A DNA stretch of 64,000 bases from NCBI RefSeq assembly GCF_964204645.1, contig NC_134025.1, positions 21,365,101-21,429,100 of the forward strand. The letters are read 5' to 3'. This document shows positions 50,551 through 63,290 of this stretch, one piece after another (position 1 is the stretch's first letter; every line of letters starts with the position of its first letter). This DNA is from Tubulanus polymorphus. Lineage: Eukaryota > Animalia > Nemertea. A program made the position numbers and the translations under genes. Below the pieces are notes generated by a model. That model had not been told where the DNA came from, did no database searches, and saw only the letters and a program-made list of their open reading frames with translations.

Positions 50551-50735
50551 AGTGTTTGGGTGTGTAAAGTGTTTGCGTGTGTGTAAAGTGTTTGGTTGTG
50601 TGTAAGGTGTTTGCGTGTGTGTAAAGTGTCTGGGTGTGTGTAAAATGTTTGCGTGTGTGTAAAGTGTTTGGTTGTGTGTGAAGTGTTTGGGTGTGTGTAC
50701 AGTGTTTGCGTGTGTGTAAAGTGTTTGGGTGTGTC
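50551..50735. repeat. ~20-bp GT-rich minisatellite
   Basis: About nine units of GTGTGTAAAGTGTTTG(C/G)GT. Confidence 0.9.
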
Positions 50736-51731
50736 TGCTTTTATCTTTCTGGGGGTTGAGTTTTTTCTCATAAACCTTCTTTGGTTTCAGCTAGCCTCCA
50801 GCACACACTCTATTACTTTAAATTAGTTTTGTACTTGATAGGATAATGGGTTGTGGTTTTAGGACATGAAGCATGTGCCTATCATCTATCTGATCGGTGG
50901 AAAATTACACATATAAAGTTTGGGAAATTCAGCTGAGTCTTCCAGTACCCCTTTTATGTGCACCGATAACTATCTATCAGGCCTTTATAACCAATCTTTT
51001 CTCAATGTAGTTTCATAGTTACCCAAAAACTGAACTTTCCGACGCCTCAGTTAGAATTTAAAGGAATGCTGAACGAAGAGTCCGACAAATACACAGAGAC
51101 ATTCTATTTCACTCACCCGGGTACGTAGCGAAAAGAAATTTCATCAAACCAACGCCCGGGTGTAACCGATATAAAATCTGGTAAAAGTGTGTGGGCCTAC
51201 CAGTTGACGATATACATTGCTCTTTTGTATTCTTACTCTATTCCTATACGTTTAGAACGCGCGCATTTTTTAAATTTTTTAAACAATTCATTAAGTTCTA
51301 GCGGTATTCGTTAATAACGACTTGAAGACTTCAAGAAACGGGCCCTGCACACATAGGAAATTGAAATTTGTTCATTTTCAACCCGCCCCAATCTAAATAT
51401 TAGAGTTAAGATTCTGAACTGTTGCACGGGATCTCGGATATTAGGCCTAAATAAAGTTCATTCGTGTTAGCAGTACATCTTGTCGGTATGAGTTATCGTC
51501 AGTTCAAGATACGATTATTTTTTTTTCTTATCATTAAATTCGAGGGCGTTCAAAACTGATAAATCGTCACACTCCGGGCTCGCTGCACCGATTCACATCC
51601 GGCGCACGTGCCGAACACTAAGTACAGAGTTATGATAACAATTTTACTCCAAACATCAATCAATCAAATGAAAATGTCGTATCATGTGTGACAATTAATT
51701 GTTAAATGTAGAATAAAACCAACGAGACGGA

Positions 51732-51873
51732 TAGTACTTCATAGGTTAACTAGTCTATTCGACAGCGGACGAGCTTTCGCTACTACCCCACTCATTCACC
51801 TGATGAAGTAGTTACTATACACAAAGTAGCGAAAGCTCGTACTTCAAATAAAATAGTTAACCTGTAAAGTACT
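51732..51873. mobile_element. Penelope-like terminal remnant: inverted repeat with a hammerhead-like core
   Basis: CUGAUGA (51800), GUUACU/AGUAGC stem, GAAAGCUC (51831). An inverted partial copy (ACGAGCTTTCGCTAC, AGGTTAACTA) lies just upstream. Confidence 0.55.
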
Positions 51874-52330
51874 TTTCGCCAATATAACGCAATATAGATA
51901 TGTTATTTTCCAAGGTGTCAATGAACTTTCAAGTTAAATGCTTATGAAGCAATTCTGCAAACCCGGAACTTCCAATTAATTCCTTGAATTATACGCAATT
52001 CATAATTCGTAATTCTGGTTCATATTATTCTCACAACTTTTACTAGAGTAAGGTTTATATGCCACAAGGGCTTGTCGCGTTGCATCAATGTATGTCATTA
52101 CATCACGTAATTAAAAAGGCCTAATCCTAGCTAACCTTAACCCTAACGCTAGCTGCCCCATACCCTAACCCTAGCTGAGCATTATCTCAACCCCCAGGGG
52201 CAAATTCTGGTAACTGAAACCGTAAGTTTGTCTGGTCAGTGCGGTGAACTTAAACTGTTGCGACCAGTCAGCTGTGGTAACACTATCCACTAATTATCTC
52301 ATTCAAACCCAATCTATTCGAAATCAATGG

Positions 52331-53281
52331 TTATTTGACTGAATGTCTACAGCGTATTTTCATACAGAAATATTCACGAATTTCTCGTCCCAGTAGAAGA
52401 TATATGTAAAAATTTACAACATAGTTACTCATTTGAAACGGTGCAAAAATGTAATAAAGAAATTCTCTCTGTTCCGGTGAAATTGGTAAAAATGTGATTA
52501 CAGTGGATGGAAGCGTAAATATTGCAAATGCGAGTGAAACTGTTACAAGCATTATTGTTGTACGTTTTGATTTTGCAGTTTTCTGATCAGACGAAACCAT
52601 TTTTGAACCTCCGAATAACTGAATTATTATTACCACATTTGATGTTAGAATCAAAGATAAAGGCAACACATAAATCTGGACAACAAATCCTACAAAATAT
52701 ATTATTTGGTCAAACAATTTATAGAAACATCCAAAAAACTGGTCAGTAAAATGTATCGACATAGCAGGTGTGAGACAAAGAAAAAGTACATTCACTGCAG
52801 TAATTATGATTATAGTTAATCTAGCGAATTTCGGTGTACATATCAAACGAGATGTGAACGGGAAGAGAACAACTGCTGCACGTTCTAGAGATATCGCTAC
52901 TATCAACCACGAACTATTGCAGACTGCAACCGCAAATATAAATTCATAGATTTGACAACTGATCAGTGAATTTATCATGAAGATAGGACCATCTTTGAAT
53001 TGCATGAGAACAAACTGTAAAACAGGCATCAGTGTTAAACAGGTACAGTACATAGCGTCACCGAATGACAGAGCGATCAGATAGTTAGCATAAGATAACC
53101 TGCGGAATTTGCGACTTATCATTATCAGGAAAGTAGCTGAATTTCCAAACGCTCCAAACAGAAACAGGACGGGCAGAATGACCAGTGATGCAGTACGGTA
53201 GATTCCAGACCTACTCACCACAGACATGAGAGCGATGTAACTGATGTACGTTCGACCAATTTGTGTCTGAGAAGAATTCAT
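52331..53281 (-). CDS. Single-exon class A orphan GPCR, 316 aa, paralog of 20977-21924
   Basis: Same 7TM motifs, with long identical blocks (CNSSWLIVAISLERAAVVLFPFTSRLICTP; KSKRTTIMLVTVSLAF). Confidence 0.92.
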   Translation of the reverse strand: MNSSQTQIGRTYISYIALMSVVSRSGIYRTASLVILPVLFLFGAFGNSATFLIMISRKFRRLSYANYLIALSFGDAMYCTCLTLMPVLQFVLMQFKDGPIFMINSLISCQIYEFIFAVAVCNSSWLIVAISLERAAVVLFPFTSRLICTPKFARLTIIIITAVNVLFLCLTPAMSIHFTDQFFGCFYKLFDQIIYFVGFVVQIYVLPLSLILTSNVVIIIQLFGGSKMVSSDQKTAKSKRTTIMLVTVSLAFAIFTLPSTVITFLPISPEQREFLYYIFAPFQMSNYVVNFYIYLLLGREIREYFCMKIRCRHSVK

Positions 53282-53690
53282 GATTCATGAGGATGAGAGT
53301 GTACTGACTGTCCGAAAGTACTAACTGTGTCAGAGTGTACCGAGTATGATATTATGTCCTTGTTCTGCAAGATTCATCATCAACAACGAATAGAAAACCA
53401 ATTCTCAGAAATCAAACACAATTTACTAAGATTTTGTTAAAGTTTATTATTGTGTAAATGTATATGAAACAAAATCAAATATCAATATTCGTTTTACATG
53501 AAGTCATTATAAATGATGAAGCCTCAGGAGTTCTCAATTTTCAATAACAAAGAGAAATTTTCCATTTTGTATTAAAAAGCGAAAAAGTTACGTAGGTTCG
53601 AACAGGGAAAATCCTGGATGCAAGCAAGATAATTACCAGACCACTGAAGTTCAGTGAGGTGACTGGTGACCATTCAAGAGCAGTGCGACC

Positions 53691-53732
<42 letters not shown>

Positions 53733-53733
<1 letters not shown>

Positions 53734-54125
53734 TTTGCGCAAAAATACTCACGAATTTCATGTCCCAGTAAAAGGTATATGTAACAATTTGCGACATAGT
53801 TACACAATTGAAGCTTAGTGAATACTTCACATAGAAATCCTCTGAGTCGTGTAGAGATAGGCAGGAATACAGTAAATGAGTTTGGCATTGTGAAAATAGC
53901 GAATGCGAGTGAAACTGTTACAAGCATTATTGTTGTACGTTTTGATTCATAGTTTTCTTATCGGACGAAATATTTTTGAACCCATGGATAAGCGTAATAT
54001 TATAACAGAATTCGATGTAATGATCAAAGTTAGAGGCAGAAGAAAAGCGTGGCCAACCAATACAGCAAATAGTAAGAACTGATCGGAAAATTTGTAGTAG
54101 AAACATCCAAAAAACTGGTCAGAAA
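53733..54125 (-). pseudogene. Third GPCR paralog fragment (TM5-TM7)
   Basis: DQFFGCFY..LPLTLIITSN, frameshift at ~53960, MLVTVSLAF..YIYLLLGHEIREYFC. The 5' part is replaced by LINE sequence and the 3' end runs into (TA)n. Confidence 0.85.
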
Positions 54126-54129
54126 AATC

Positions 54130-54654
54130 CATAATTACTAACACCATTACTGAACCATTTTCATACACTTAATAAACAACCCAACTTTTATAATACTGAA
54201 CCCCCAGAGGGGCATTTGAATTTCGATTTTGCAATGCTGGATTTTGATGCTCTTAATAGAGATCTAACTGAAGAAGAAGTTATAAATGCGATCAAAAAAC
54301 TAAAAAATAACAAGTCACCCGGACCCGATGAGATAATCAACGAAACGCTTAAATCAGTTGCAGATAATTTATCACCCGTTCTCACTACCTTATTTAATCG
54401 TATCCTGGACTCAGGAATTTACCCACACGGCTGGGGTTTATCAACAGTAATTCCGCTTTTTTAAAAAAGGGGACCCTTATTGCCCAGATAACTACCGGTG
54501 CATTTCACTACCGAGCTGTATGGGCAAATTATTTACTAGCCTTGTCAACAGTCGATTATCCGAATTTCTAGAGTGCAACCAGTTGTTAAATCTTATACAA
54601 GCAGGCCTTCGCAAGAAACATGGGGTCACTGACCATATCTTTACATTGAAATCC
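54130..54654 (+). mobile_element. LINE ORF2 fragment (RT N-terminal region)
   Basis: EEVINAIKKLKNNKSPGPDEI..W..STVIPLF, frameshift, KKGD...NYRCISL..KLFTS..NSRL..QAGLRK..TDHIFTLK. Confidence 0.85.
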
Positions 54655-55005
54655 GTTAGGGTTAGGGTTAGTTAACACAAGCAGATAACAGAAGTAAAAA
54701 ATCTTAGTCGGGTAAGATTTGACGATCAATATGGCGCATGTGAGAAATCCGTGTGATGTCCGTGCGTTCCATATCAGATCGAGCGAGATATTGCAGATTG
54801 TATCAAAAATACAAAAGTGTTTATCACCTTCATATATTACTAATCATAATCCAAATCAAGAATTCAAGTGTAACAAGAACTTTATGTATATGACGCGGCG
54901 TTTATTTTGCAATACATGCACAGGTTGTCATTGATTAAGTTTGCTATAGGTATCATTAATATCTTGCACGTCCGATTTATATACTAAGTGCAATTTTGAT
55001 ATCGC

Positions 55006-58000
55006 TTAGGGCCTACTGCACGCCCTGGAACAAGACGTAGATATTGAACCGTTACGTTTGGTGCAACTACATTGTCTGTAGTTTCCTATATTCTTTTTGG
55101 TCTCCCCGATAGCGATAAACGTACCATGAACAACGCATCCTAAAGACAGAAATTACAAAAATACGTTGAGTTCAAACCCCTCTACCTTGATAAAGGTGTT
55201 CCTAAGAAATAGGAATATAATTTAACTTTTCATAATGATTTATCTTTATGAATTTCTGTAATTATCATTAGCTATCAGTGTGCATTCATATGAAAGATAA
55301 TCAATGTTACCAGTTGTTACTTGGTAGCCGGACTTCGTACACTTTACTTGAGCTGTCGGTACCGTAAATACTTCTCCAATCTTCCTGACAGTATTGGATC
55401 CATCCAAACACGAAGGCGCTGTTACAATAATTAGAGTATGTATTTTTTTCGAGATACAATTTTGAATACGGCTAGGTAGTTGATTTATATATGAATATTT
55501 GAAAAGGTGGTAGGAAAAGATTAAAAAAGAAAATAAGCGGCGAGGAAAGAGTTTCTGTAAATTAGCATAGGTTATCATATGATTTTATTCTAAAATAAAC
55601 ATGAGAATAACAATAGAGTTTCTCCTTTGCAGATTGCAGACACTAAAATGTAAAAGTACTCCTTGTTCGTTGGGTTGGGCACGTTGTCTGGTTTATATGA
55701 GCAAACAAGGCGGTCCACTTACCTAAACAGATTCCACACAAAACAGGACATTTGGTTTTTGCCCTGGAATCCCAACAGTGCACTTTTCGCCAGTAGGACC
55801 ATGTTATTGGAAGACCGCACTCAGTAGGATCCGGTTTCGGACAAACGCCTTTGAAATGAACAAAATCAAACAACATCTAGTTATCCAGAACCAGGAGCGA
55901 GATTAAGAAGCCAGGCAGGAATAAGTGCTAAACTTATGGTCTAAGGCCGGATAGGGTCCGGTGTGGCTTTTAAAATACACTTCAGGAGCTGGATGCACTG
56001 GCTTAGTTAGGACTACTCAAATTCAATATATTATGTATATATACAAATATCCACATGTTACGTATAGGTAACTTAAACCATGGTTACCTTTTGATTGTGT
56101 TGTAGTTGATGTATCAGAACCGTCAGTAGAACCACCAGTAGATGCATCAGTAGAACCATCCGTAGAACCATCGGTAGAAACGGAGCCAGATGTGATCTTT
56201 GCTCCCCCTTCTGGTTGATTGCTAACGTCACCAGCTAAGTGATACAAATATAAATATTAATATTCTGATATCTTACACCACTTCCCTCTGTCACCCTCAC
56301 CCTTTAGTTCAATTCACAAGATCACCATACCTGGGCATGTATTACACATCTTCGGACAATATTGCATGGGAACATTTGAATACGCGCAGTAATCTTTACC
56401 CCATTTGCCGCCTTGTGTCGCACATATCCAATGATCATTAGCGTCGGAGCAAACAACTGAAGTAACACGAAATTCCGATAATTTATTTATTTTCGACGAT
56501 AACCACCTAGTTAAATAATTTACTATCACTAACAGCCCGATGCAATCACATCTTTTATTTAATATTTGTTTCACTTACGTCCACAATCTGGTTTTCGGAA
56601 CCATTTTTGCGCTTGTAACACGTGCATTGACATGTATTCGGGTCCATCTTAGCCCCATTGAGACAGATCTTATCTTTACAATCTTCGCAAATGGAATATA
56701 GAGTATATAAAATATTTGTCATTAAGACAGCGATGATTCAACCACGTTGAACCGATCAAACCCTGGATCCAATCTTACCACATAAACCATTTGCATCTTT
56801 AGTATCGGGACATTTTGTGCCTTGTGTACCTTCTTTGTATGGCTTTTTCGATTGTCCTATATTACCACTTAAATGAATATACATATTGTGCATAATTGAA
56901 GCATCAATTAATCACGAAAACGAACCTTATGATTATTCACGACAACCGTAGATCACTTACGCTGGTCCATAGTTACATACGTAAACACGACCAATTGGAC
57001 AGTCCGCGTAACCGCAACCAACTCTTGTAGATATCGCCCAAACTACCTATACAGTATGATTACGATATTAAAAATCTATTCATTTCAATCACGAATTATT
57101 GCCAATTATGCCCGTTACATTTTGGTTTTTAACTTTTCGTACACTTTATACAAGTATACCTGAGTGTAATGACCGACAACGCCCCCTGTTGTACCAACAC
57201 CGTACTTGAAATCTTTTTCTTCATTAAACCAGTCGTCAATGGCGCTAGTCCAGTCACGATGTCCCAAAGCCAAATTCTGTCCAAGTGTCAATCGTCCTGA
57301 AATATTGACCCACAAAACTATTGACACAGACACTTGGCACAAGACATACACGGAACAAACATCTACATTAGTCAGGAAAAGTTCCAAAAGAATAATTCGA
57401 ATCAAATATGATATTTATTTTGGGTGAGGCTAAAATTATGATTATACCAAAACATCAGTGCAAATTGGAGATGTGTGCCATGTTTTACTAGTATGTGCCA
57501 CATACGTTACACCCAGATCTGGATACATCACTAGAAAGTATTTGGTACACCCGACCACTGATCAACACATAATTTAAAGGGCAAAACAAATTATGTTCAA
57601 AACATCTCTAGATTTTTAGAAATCATGGAAAATCTTAGGACACTCGAAGACTAGCTGTATAATGTTGTGCGCTGTTTTGCGCGGATTTTTGGGACTGCTG
57701 AAGTGTTGCTACTGTCTTCATAAATATGTCGATATATTTGTTGTCAAAAGTTTAACCACTGGCAATAAAGGTTAATAACATCAATCATTTTTTCCAACTA
57801 TCATTTTACTATTCTAATATTTATTATACTCAAAGAAACTGTACCTGGAATATTTCTATTTTGGTTAGTATCATGCGCAAATTTACACGAGTCGGCAAGT
57901 TTCTGGGCGATCATCGCAGCTTCATTGTCCCAGTACTACATCAAAATTCGAAAAAATGTAGATAATGAATTTTCCTTGTGTCTTGTGTGAAATAAAACGT

Positions 58001-59831
58001 ACCAATTTCATCATGTTCGCGGCAGCTGGTTGGTCATATTTCGTCAAATGGCCTCGTAGGTAGTTGTGTCGGGACAAAATGACTTGTTCATCGTTTGCAG
58101 AAACACCTGCGAATAAAAGAATATCTAAAGTTAGAATATAACGAAACAGAGGCGGATCTAGGATTGATGTTGGGGTTGTAAAAAATTGGGAAGTAAAAAT
58201 GGAATTTTACAGTAAGGGCGATGCAGGCCGCGCAGCGTCACCGACCGTGAGGGGGTTCTCGAAGGGGTCTCCCCCTCGACGATAGAAATCTTTTGAAATC
58301 TGAGAAGAATATGATGAGATGTTCATGGTTGAACAACTAATTCTATGAAATTTATCATAGATAATGTACAACTACGATTATCATGTAACATTTGAATTTT
58401 TATTAGCACGTCAAGACGTTTTGTCCAAAATCTGATTTTATACATTTTAGCTTCATCAAGAACACGAGGAATAGCTCTTTTTTATATTTAGAACCTAGCA
58501 GGTACAGTACTGATACATTTCTTGCCGGACAAGCTTTTTCACTTTCTTTTTCAAACAATCTTTTATTATATCGGCTAAAAAATAGAATTTTCATTATACA
58601 ACAACTAAAAGCCTAAAAGCCTTAAGCCTAAAATGTTTTTGGGGTTGACCACCCTCTAGATCCGCCCCTGGCAAGTCAAATGCAACAAGTTGCTGATGAA
58701 TTACAACTTACCCCGTTTTGTTAAGCCCGATGGATTGTCGGGTTTACATGCCGTATGATATGCACTCACCGACGAAAATTTCTTTGCGCATGTCGCCTGC
58801 ATAAATTGATTGAAAAACCACGTACATTCTAACGAGACGTCCAAACAAGGTTTAAATGCATTCAGCAATGCCATAACGTAAAGGTGACTGATAAAGAAGT
58901 AAACGATTCTGAACTGTCCTATACTGGTGGATTAACAAACATTTTACAAAAATGGAAAAGCAATTCTATAGTTAACAATGCCGTAAATATTCTTCAGTAC
59001 ATAGAGCGCAAAAACTGTCTTTCTTCAAAAGATTTGTTGTCGTCTTTTATTTGACGAATATTTGAAAAACGAGGATTAGAAATGTATAGCAAATAAATAA
59101 TGATATTGGTGATATTATTCTTCTTGTTTACTAATGTACTCGGAAATATGTTTGTTTATTTGTGGCGTAGGAAAATGATATTGGAAATTTTCGGTTTCTT
59201 GCAACGAAATTGTTTTTCAATATTTCAGTGACCTAAACCGACATCTTCAGTCGAAATAAAATTACCTTCATCGAAATATCAATACCCCACTATATAACCT
59301 AATTAATATTCAAGATGGTTTACTAACTTCTTTTCAAAGACTAAGTTCATTAGAAAAGCGCAAATGTTTAATTCCTAAATAACATTTCATAAATCATGTT
59401 CTTGTAGTAATTTTCAGTTACTGTTTATCTACTGTGTTGATAATAATGTCTATTCAAAAGACTTAAGCATATTCGGTATAAGCTTACTGTACATTGTTTT
59501 TCTTTTCACGAGCCTATAACCTTCATAATTTAAACAAGATGCAATGAAATGATATGAAAATGCTATGTCCAAATTGTAGTTTGACATATTCAGAAACGTA
59601 AAACTTACGCTTCGTTTGACCCTTATATTCGCTGTAAAAGCTGAAAAGAGAATATCAACCGATCAATGAACTTTATCGAAGATGAGTAATATGAAATCTT
59701 CAAATGATGAATTAAGTTTTGCTGAAGTTTTTCGATGCCCAGAAATGAAATTGAAAATATCGAGAAGACGGCAACTTACCGCCGATCACTAATAGTGACA
59801 AAAGCAACGAAGAAGTTAAAGCAGGCCCCAT
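55006..59831 (-). CDS. CAP/CRISP-like secreted protein E (14 exons, full length)
   Basis: Exon 1 59831-59780 MGPALTSSLLLSLLVIG; RVKRS exon ~59609-59640; CAP exons ~56780-58797; ShKT exons ~56332-56457 and ~55723-55848; terminal ..STSCSRACSRP* at 55006. Confidence 0.85.
58147..58670. mobile_element. MITE in intron 3 of gene E
   Basis: CAGAGGCGGATCTAGG ... CCTCTAGATCCGCCCCTG; absent from the equivalent intron of paralogs B, C and D. Confidence 0.75.
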
Positions 59832-60368
59832 CGTGCTCTAGGATCGCTGATATTACAATAGCTCTCGGAACGTGGATCGTCGCATTTTATACTGTTCGTC
59901 AAATTCGGAATTAATCAAAACTTGTGCCAATAACTGAAATGTATATTTGTATATTTGTCCAATAGGCGTCTATATTTCCCAAAGCAAATCTTAAGATACA
60001 AAACGCAATAAACCTGAAATCAGACTCACGCAAGATAGTCATGCAAGCTGAAACTCTTTGTTTCTTTTCGAGTAATTTCATTCCAGCAATTACGTGTAAT
60101 GATATTCCAAGCACATAGACGTGATATCCGACTCTAAAGAAACATGCATGTGTTTATTTTAATGAGGAAATTTGGCGTGGTGTCACGTATGTAAGATTAT
60201 TGTTATAGTTTTAATTAATGTCATTGTAAAAATGCGCACTGTCCCCATTTCGTGTGAGTACATAATCATGGGATCATGTAGCGTACACGTTTTCGACGAT
60301 CGACGATCGGCGATCACAATCATATAATTCATCGCTGAATCCCATAACCGCTATGAGTGGCATATCAC

Positions 60369-60441
60369 GCCCTCGTGGCACAACGGATAGCGCGCTGGAC
60401 TTCTAATCCAGAGGTTCTGGGTTCGAATCCCAGCGAGGGTG
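60369..60441 (+). tRNA. trnR-TCT: tRNA-Arg (TCT), intronless
   Basis: 73 nt; acceptor stem GCCCTCG/CGAGGGT, anticodon arm CTGGA-CTTCTAA-TCCAG, T arm CTGGG-TTCGAAT-CCCAG, TTTT terminator 6 nt downstream. One D-stem mismatch. Confidence 0.92.
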
Positions 60442-62364
60442 ATCGTTTTACGCTCATGTAGAAGTGTCGATTGAATTTTTCATCTTTCATTCTTATATAC
60501 GTGTTGCACAGTATTGCATTGTGCCAACTGAACATATCTTTGCTTTTTGTTGCACTTTAAACGTTATCGTGAGGAGGACAAGAAGTCTGCTGAGATACAG
60601 AAATAATATGATTATTTTTTCTTGAGTTACAGACTCAAGAGTTGAATCTAAAACTTAAAAGCAATCAAATAAATCATTTTACTTTGATGATTTTCTAACT
60701 CAGTGTAGAATATGGAGAGAAAAACATTAAAAATGTCCCCAGGACGCTTTCTTCTTTTTGATCTTAAAATAGGGATTGTCCCCGTTATTTATTTATTTGG
60801 TTGGTAAATTTCGTTTGATTTTTCGATTGAGTGTCCCTTACAGACCCACCACACCTGCCGGGAGCGAAACAGGGGGTTTGATTTTGAAATCGGAAATCGA
60901 AGTACAGATATAGTTGTGTGATCGGCGGTCGAGTTAACAGAATTTTTTTTAAATCGAAGTACATAATTGGAAATTTGGTTCCGGTTCATCCAAACAATCT
61001 TCCATTCAGTCTGAACCGGCAAGCGACTGATTGGGGTTAATTTTTCTGGCTGCCTTATTTAATACATCGAGATTCTGGAAATAGCTATATTACAAGGTTG
61101 AAGATCATTTTGTCCATTTTTATATTTTTTGGTCGTTTTCTACGTGTAAATAGTCCGATAGTTTATTGTGGTTTTTTCTCGGGTAGATGTTGACGTAGAA
61201 GTCCTCTAAGTTGATGAAACGCAAATTTTCCAGATGAGAGTATGGCCCTGGGGTATCCGAAGTGTAGTTGTATGACATCGACGGTGCAGCTCCGATGAGG
61301 GAGGGGTTTCTTCGTCAAGGGGTACGCTGTTGGTACTTCACATCTGGTGTTGAGTTTGCCTAAAAGTAAAAGTTTTACACTGGGAGCAATTTTGTGTTTC
61401 TAATATACAATGCTTAGTTAGGTCCGTGAATGTATCGCAATCAAATGGAACAGTGCTATGCGCATTGATAGATCGTCAGTAAGAAAGCGGCACAGACACG
61501 TGAATATTGAATACATGTTTGTACACTTACATATATACAGGCTTGATCGGGTTTTATTTACATTGTCACGATTAGGTTTTTGGTAGCTTTTAATGAGACT
61601 GATGTCAAGAGGCAACTTTCCAGTCACCATTGCGCGTAGATAGGACGCTTTCTTAGGGAAGATTTTATTATCATTAATGCGCGTGGATCATATTTGTGTC
61701 TCTAATCACGCGCAGCAATAGATTTACGGTTTACTTTGTCTGCCTAGTTCAATAACCTCGTTAATCGTATTCATTGCAAATACTCTGAACAACTAAAATC
61801 CAGATGCACACTCTCGTTTTGTATTTGCCAACGTGTCCAATTGTATATTTACGACAGCGGCATGAGTTCGTTCACCCCTCTCACTCTCCCCTGCCCCTCT
61901 ATAAAAATATTCGCCATATCATGGCACAATTCGTCTTGTTGCGAGGTCGATCTCATCATTTGACGTATGTCATCCAGGCAGTTACATCCAGCCATTAGAA
62001 ATCAACCCCGTTTTTTGAATAGGTAATCACAAAGATACATAAGATAAGGCCACAAGATAAAGAGAATATATTAGGTATAACCCATTTGGTAAAAGCATCG
62101 ACTACAAAACGGATATACATGTATGTGTGATGTATATATATATGATTTCTATCCTTATACAACGCAGGGGGCAGTGCATCGACCGCCTTAAAATTAATAT
62201 GTTGTAAATAGTGTACGTATTCGTTGTTGATAACTTCGTTATATTTCATTAAGAGAAGTTTATATGTTCTGTTGACTGTAAATATTCTATATTCTATAGT
62301 CTCCCTTCGTGTACCATAGAAACGGTTGGAGTGTAAATAAAATCCTTATCCTCATCCTTATCCT

Positions 62365-62975
62365 TGGCCGTGCGACTACATTCTTCGTAGATAAACGATA
62401 AATGATAAACGAACCTTCAACAACAAGATATCATAATTATGATTGTCATTATCATTATTATTATTCAAACACAAGCTTTAGTCCACCACCTCTAGTTGTT
62501 TCCTTAAGAAACCGTTGATGACATTGATTTATTTCTGGCAACTTGAGATGTCGGTGTCATAAATGTCTCTCCAATCATTCTGTTAATTTCGGATCCATCC
62601 AAACACTTGGGCGTGAAAAAAGGATCATCCATGTTAAAAATTCGATTATGTCATTATAACAGATTTGATCAACCATTACTCTAAATTCATATGGTGGGCG
62701 TTTGATGGTTGTTTTGTAGCAAAAGGGGGTTGGCGACAATAACCTTGAAATATTTACTTTTTAGATTTTCAGTCAACAACGACGTTTTTGTCAGAGTAAA
62801 ATTTCGTACACCCGCTTAAAGACCGTCTTAATTGTTCGTCCTAAGGTTGGCAACAGTTCGAGAATACATTGATAATTGATATTTATATCACTTTGTAGTG
62901 GTAGTTTAGCTGGAAAGTTAGCGGAACCATACGCAAAGGGACCCCAGGTGGTAAAATGCCCGAAAGAAATATGCT
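62365..62975. pseudogene. Scrambled CAP paralog remnant F
   Basis: Minus strand 62613-62540 PKCLDGSEINRMIGETFMTPTSQV (exon 13 homolog) and ~62425-62370 VVEGSFI (exon 14 homolog). Plus strand 62899-62975 GSLAGKLAEPYAKGPQVVKCP (exon 8 homolog). Confidence 0.6.
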
Positions 62976-63139
62976 GAGAATTAAATTAAATTAAAATTCC
63001 TATGAATCGTATCTAAATTTACCAAAACATGTTACAGTTACAACTGCCAGATTCAGATGCTCAAGTCATACTTTTTATGTTGAAACTGGGCGTTGGTCAC
63101 TCCCCCAATTCCATATAATGAGAGACTTTGTCAGTTATG

Positions 63140-63290
63140 TAACATGAATGTAGTAGAAGACGAATTTCATGTACTTCTAATCTGCCCTTTCTACAGAGAA
63201 GAACGGGGAGATTTATTCCGAGAAACATACGCAGTAATCCTAATACTTCCAAATGTGTAAAATTTTTAAGTAAATTATGTAACATGAACA
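63140..63290 (+). mobile_element. LINE ORF2 C-terminal zinc-finger remnant
   Basis: VVEDEFHVLLICPFYREER, a typical E-D-E-F-H..C motif at LINE 3' ends. Confidence 0.6.

Noticed and set aside
61160-61360. Possible minus-strand exon after TTTTACTTTTAG
   Set aside because: About 64 open codons, but no recognisable motif or partner exons; not supportable.
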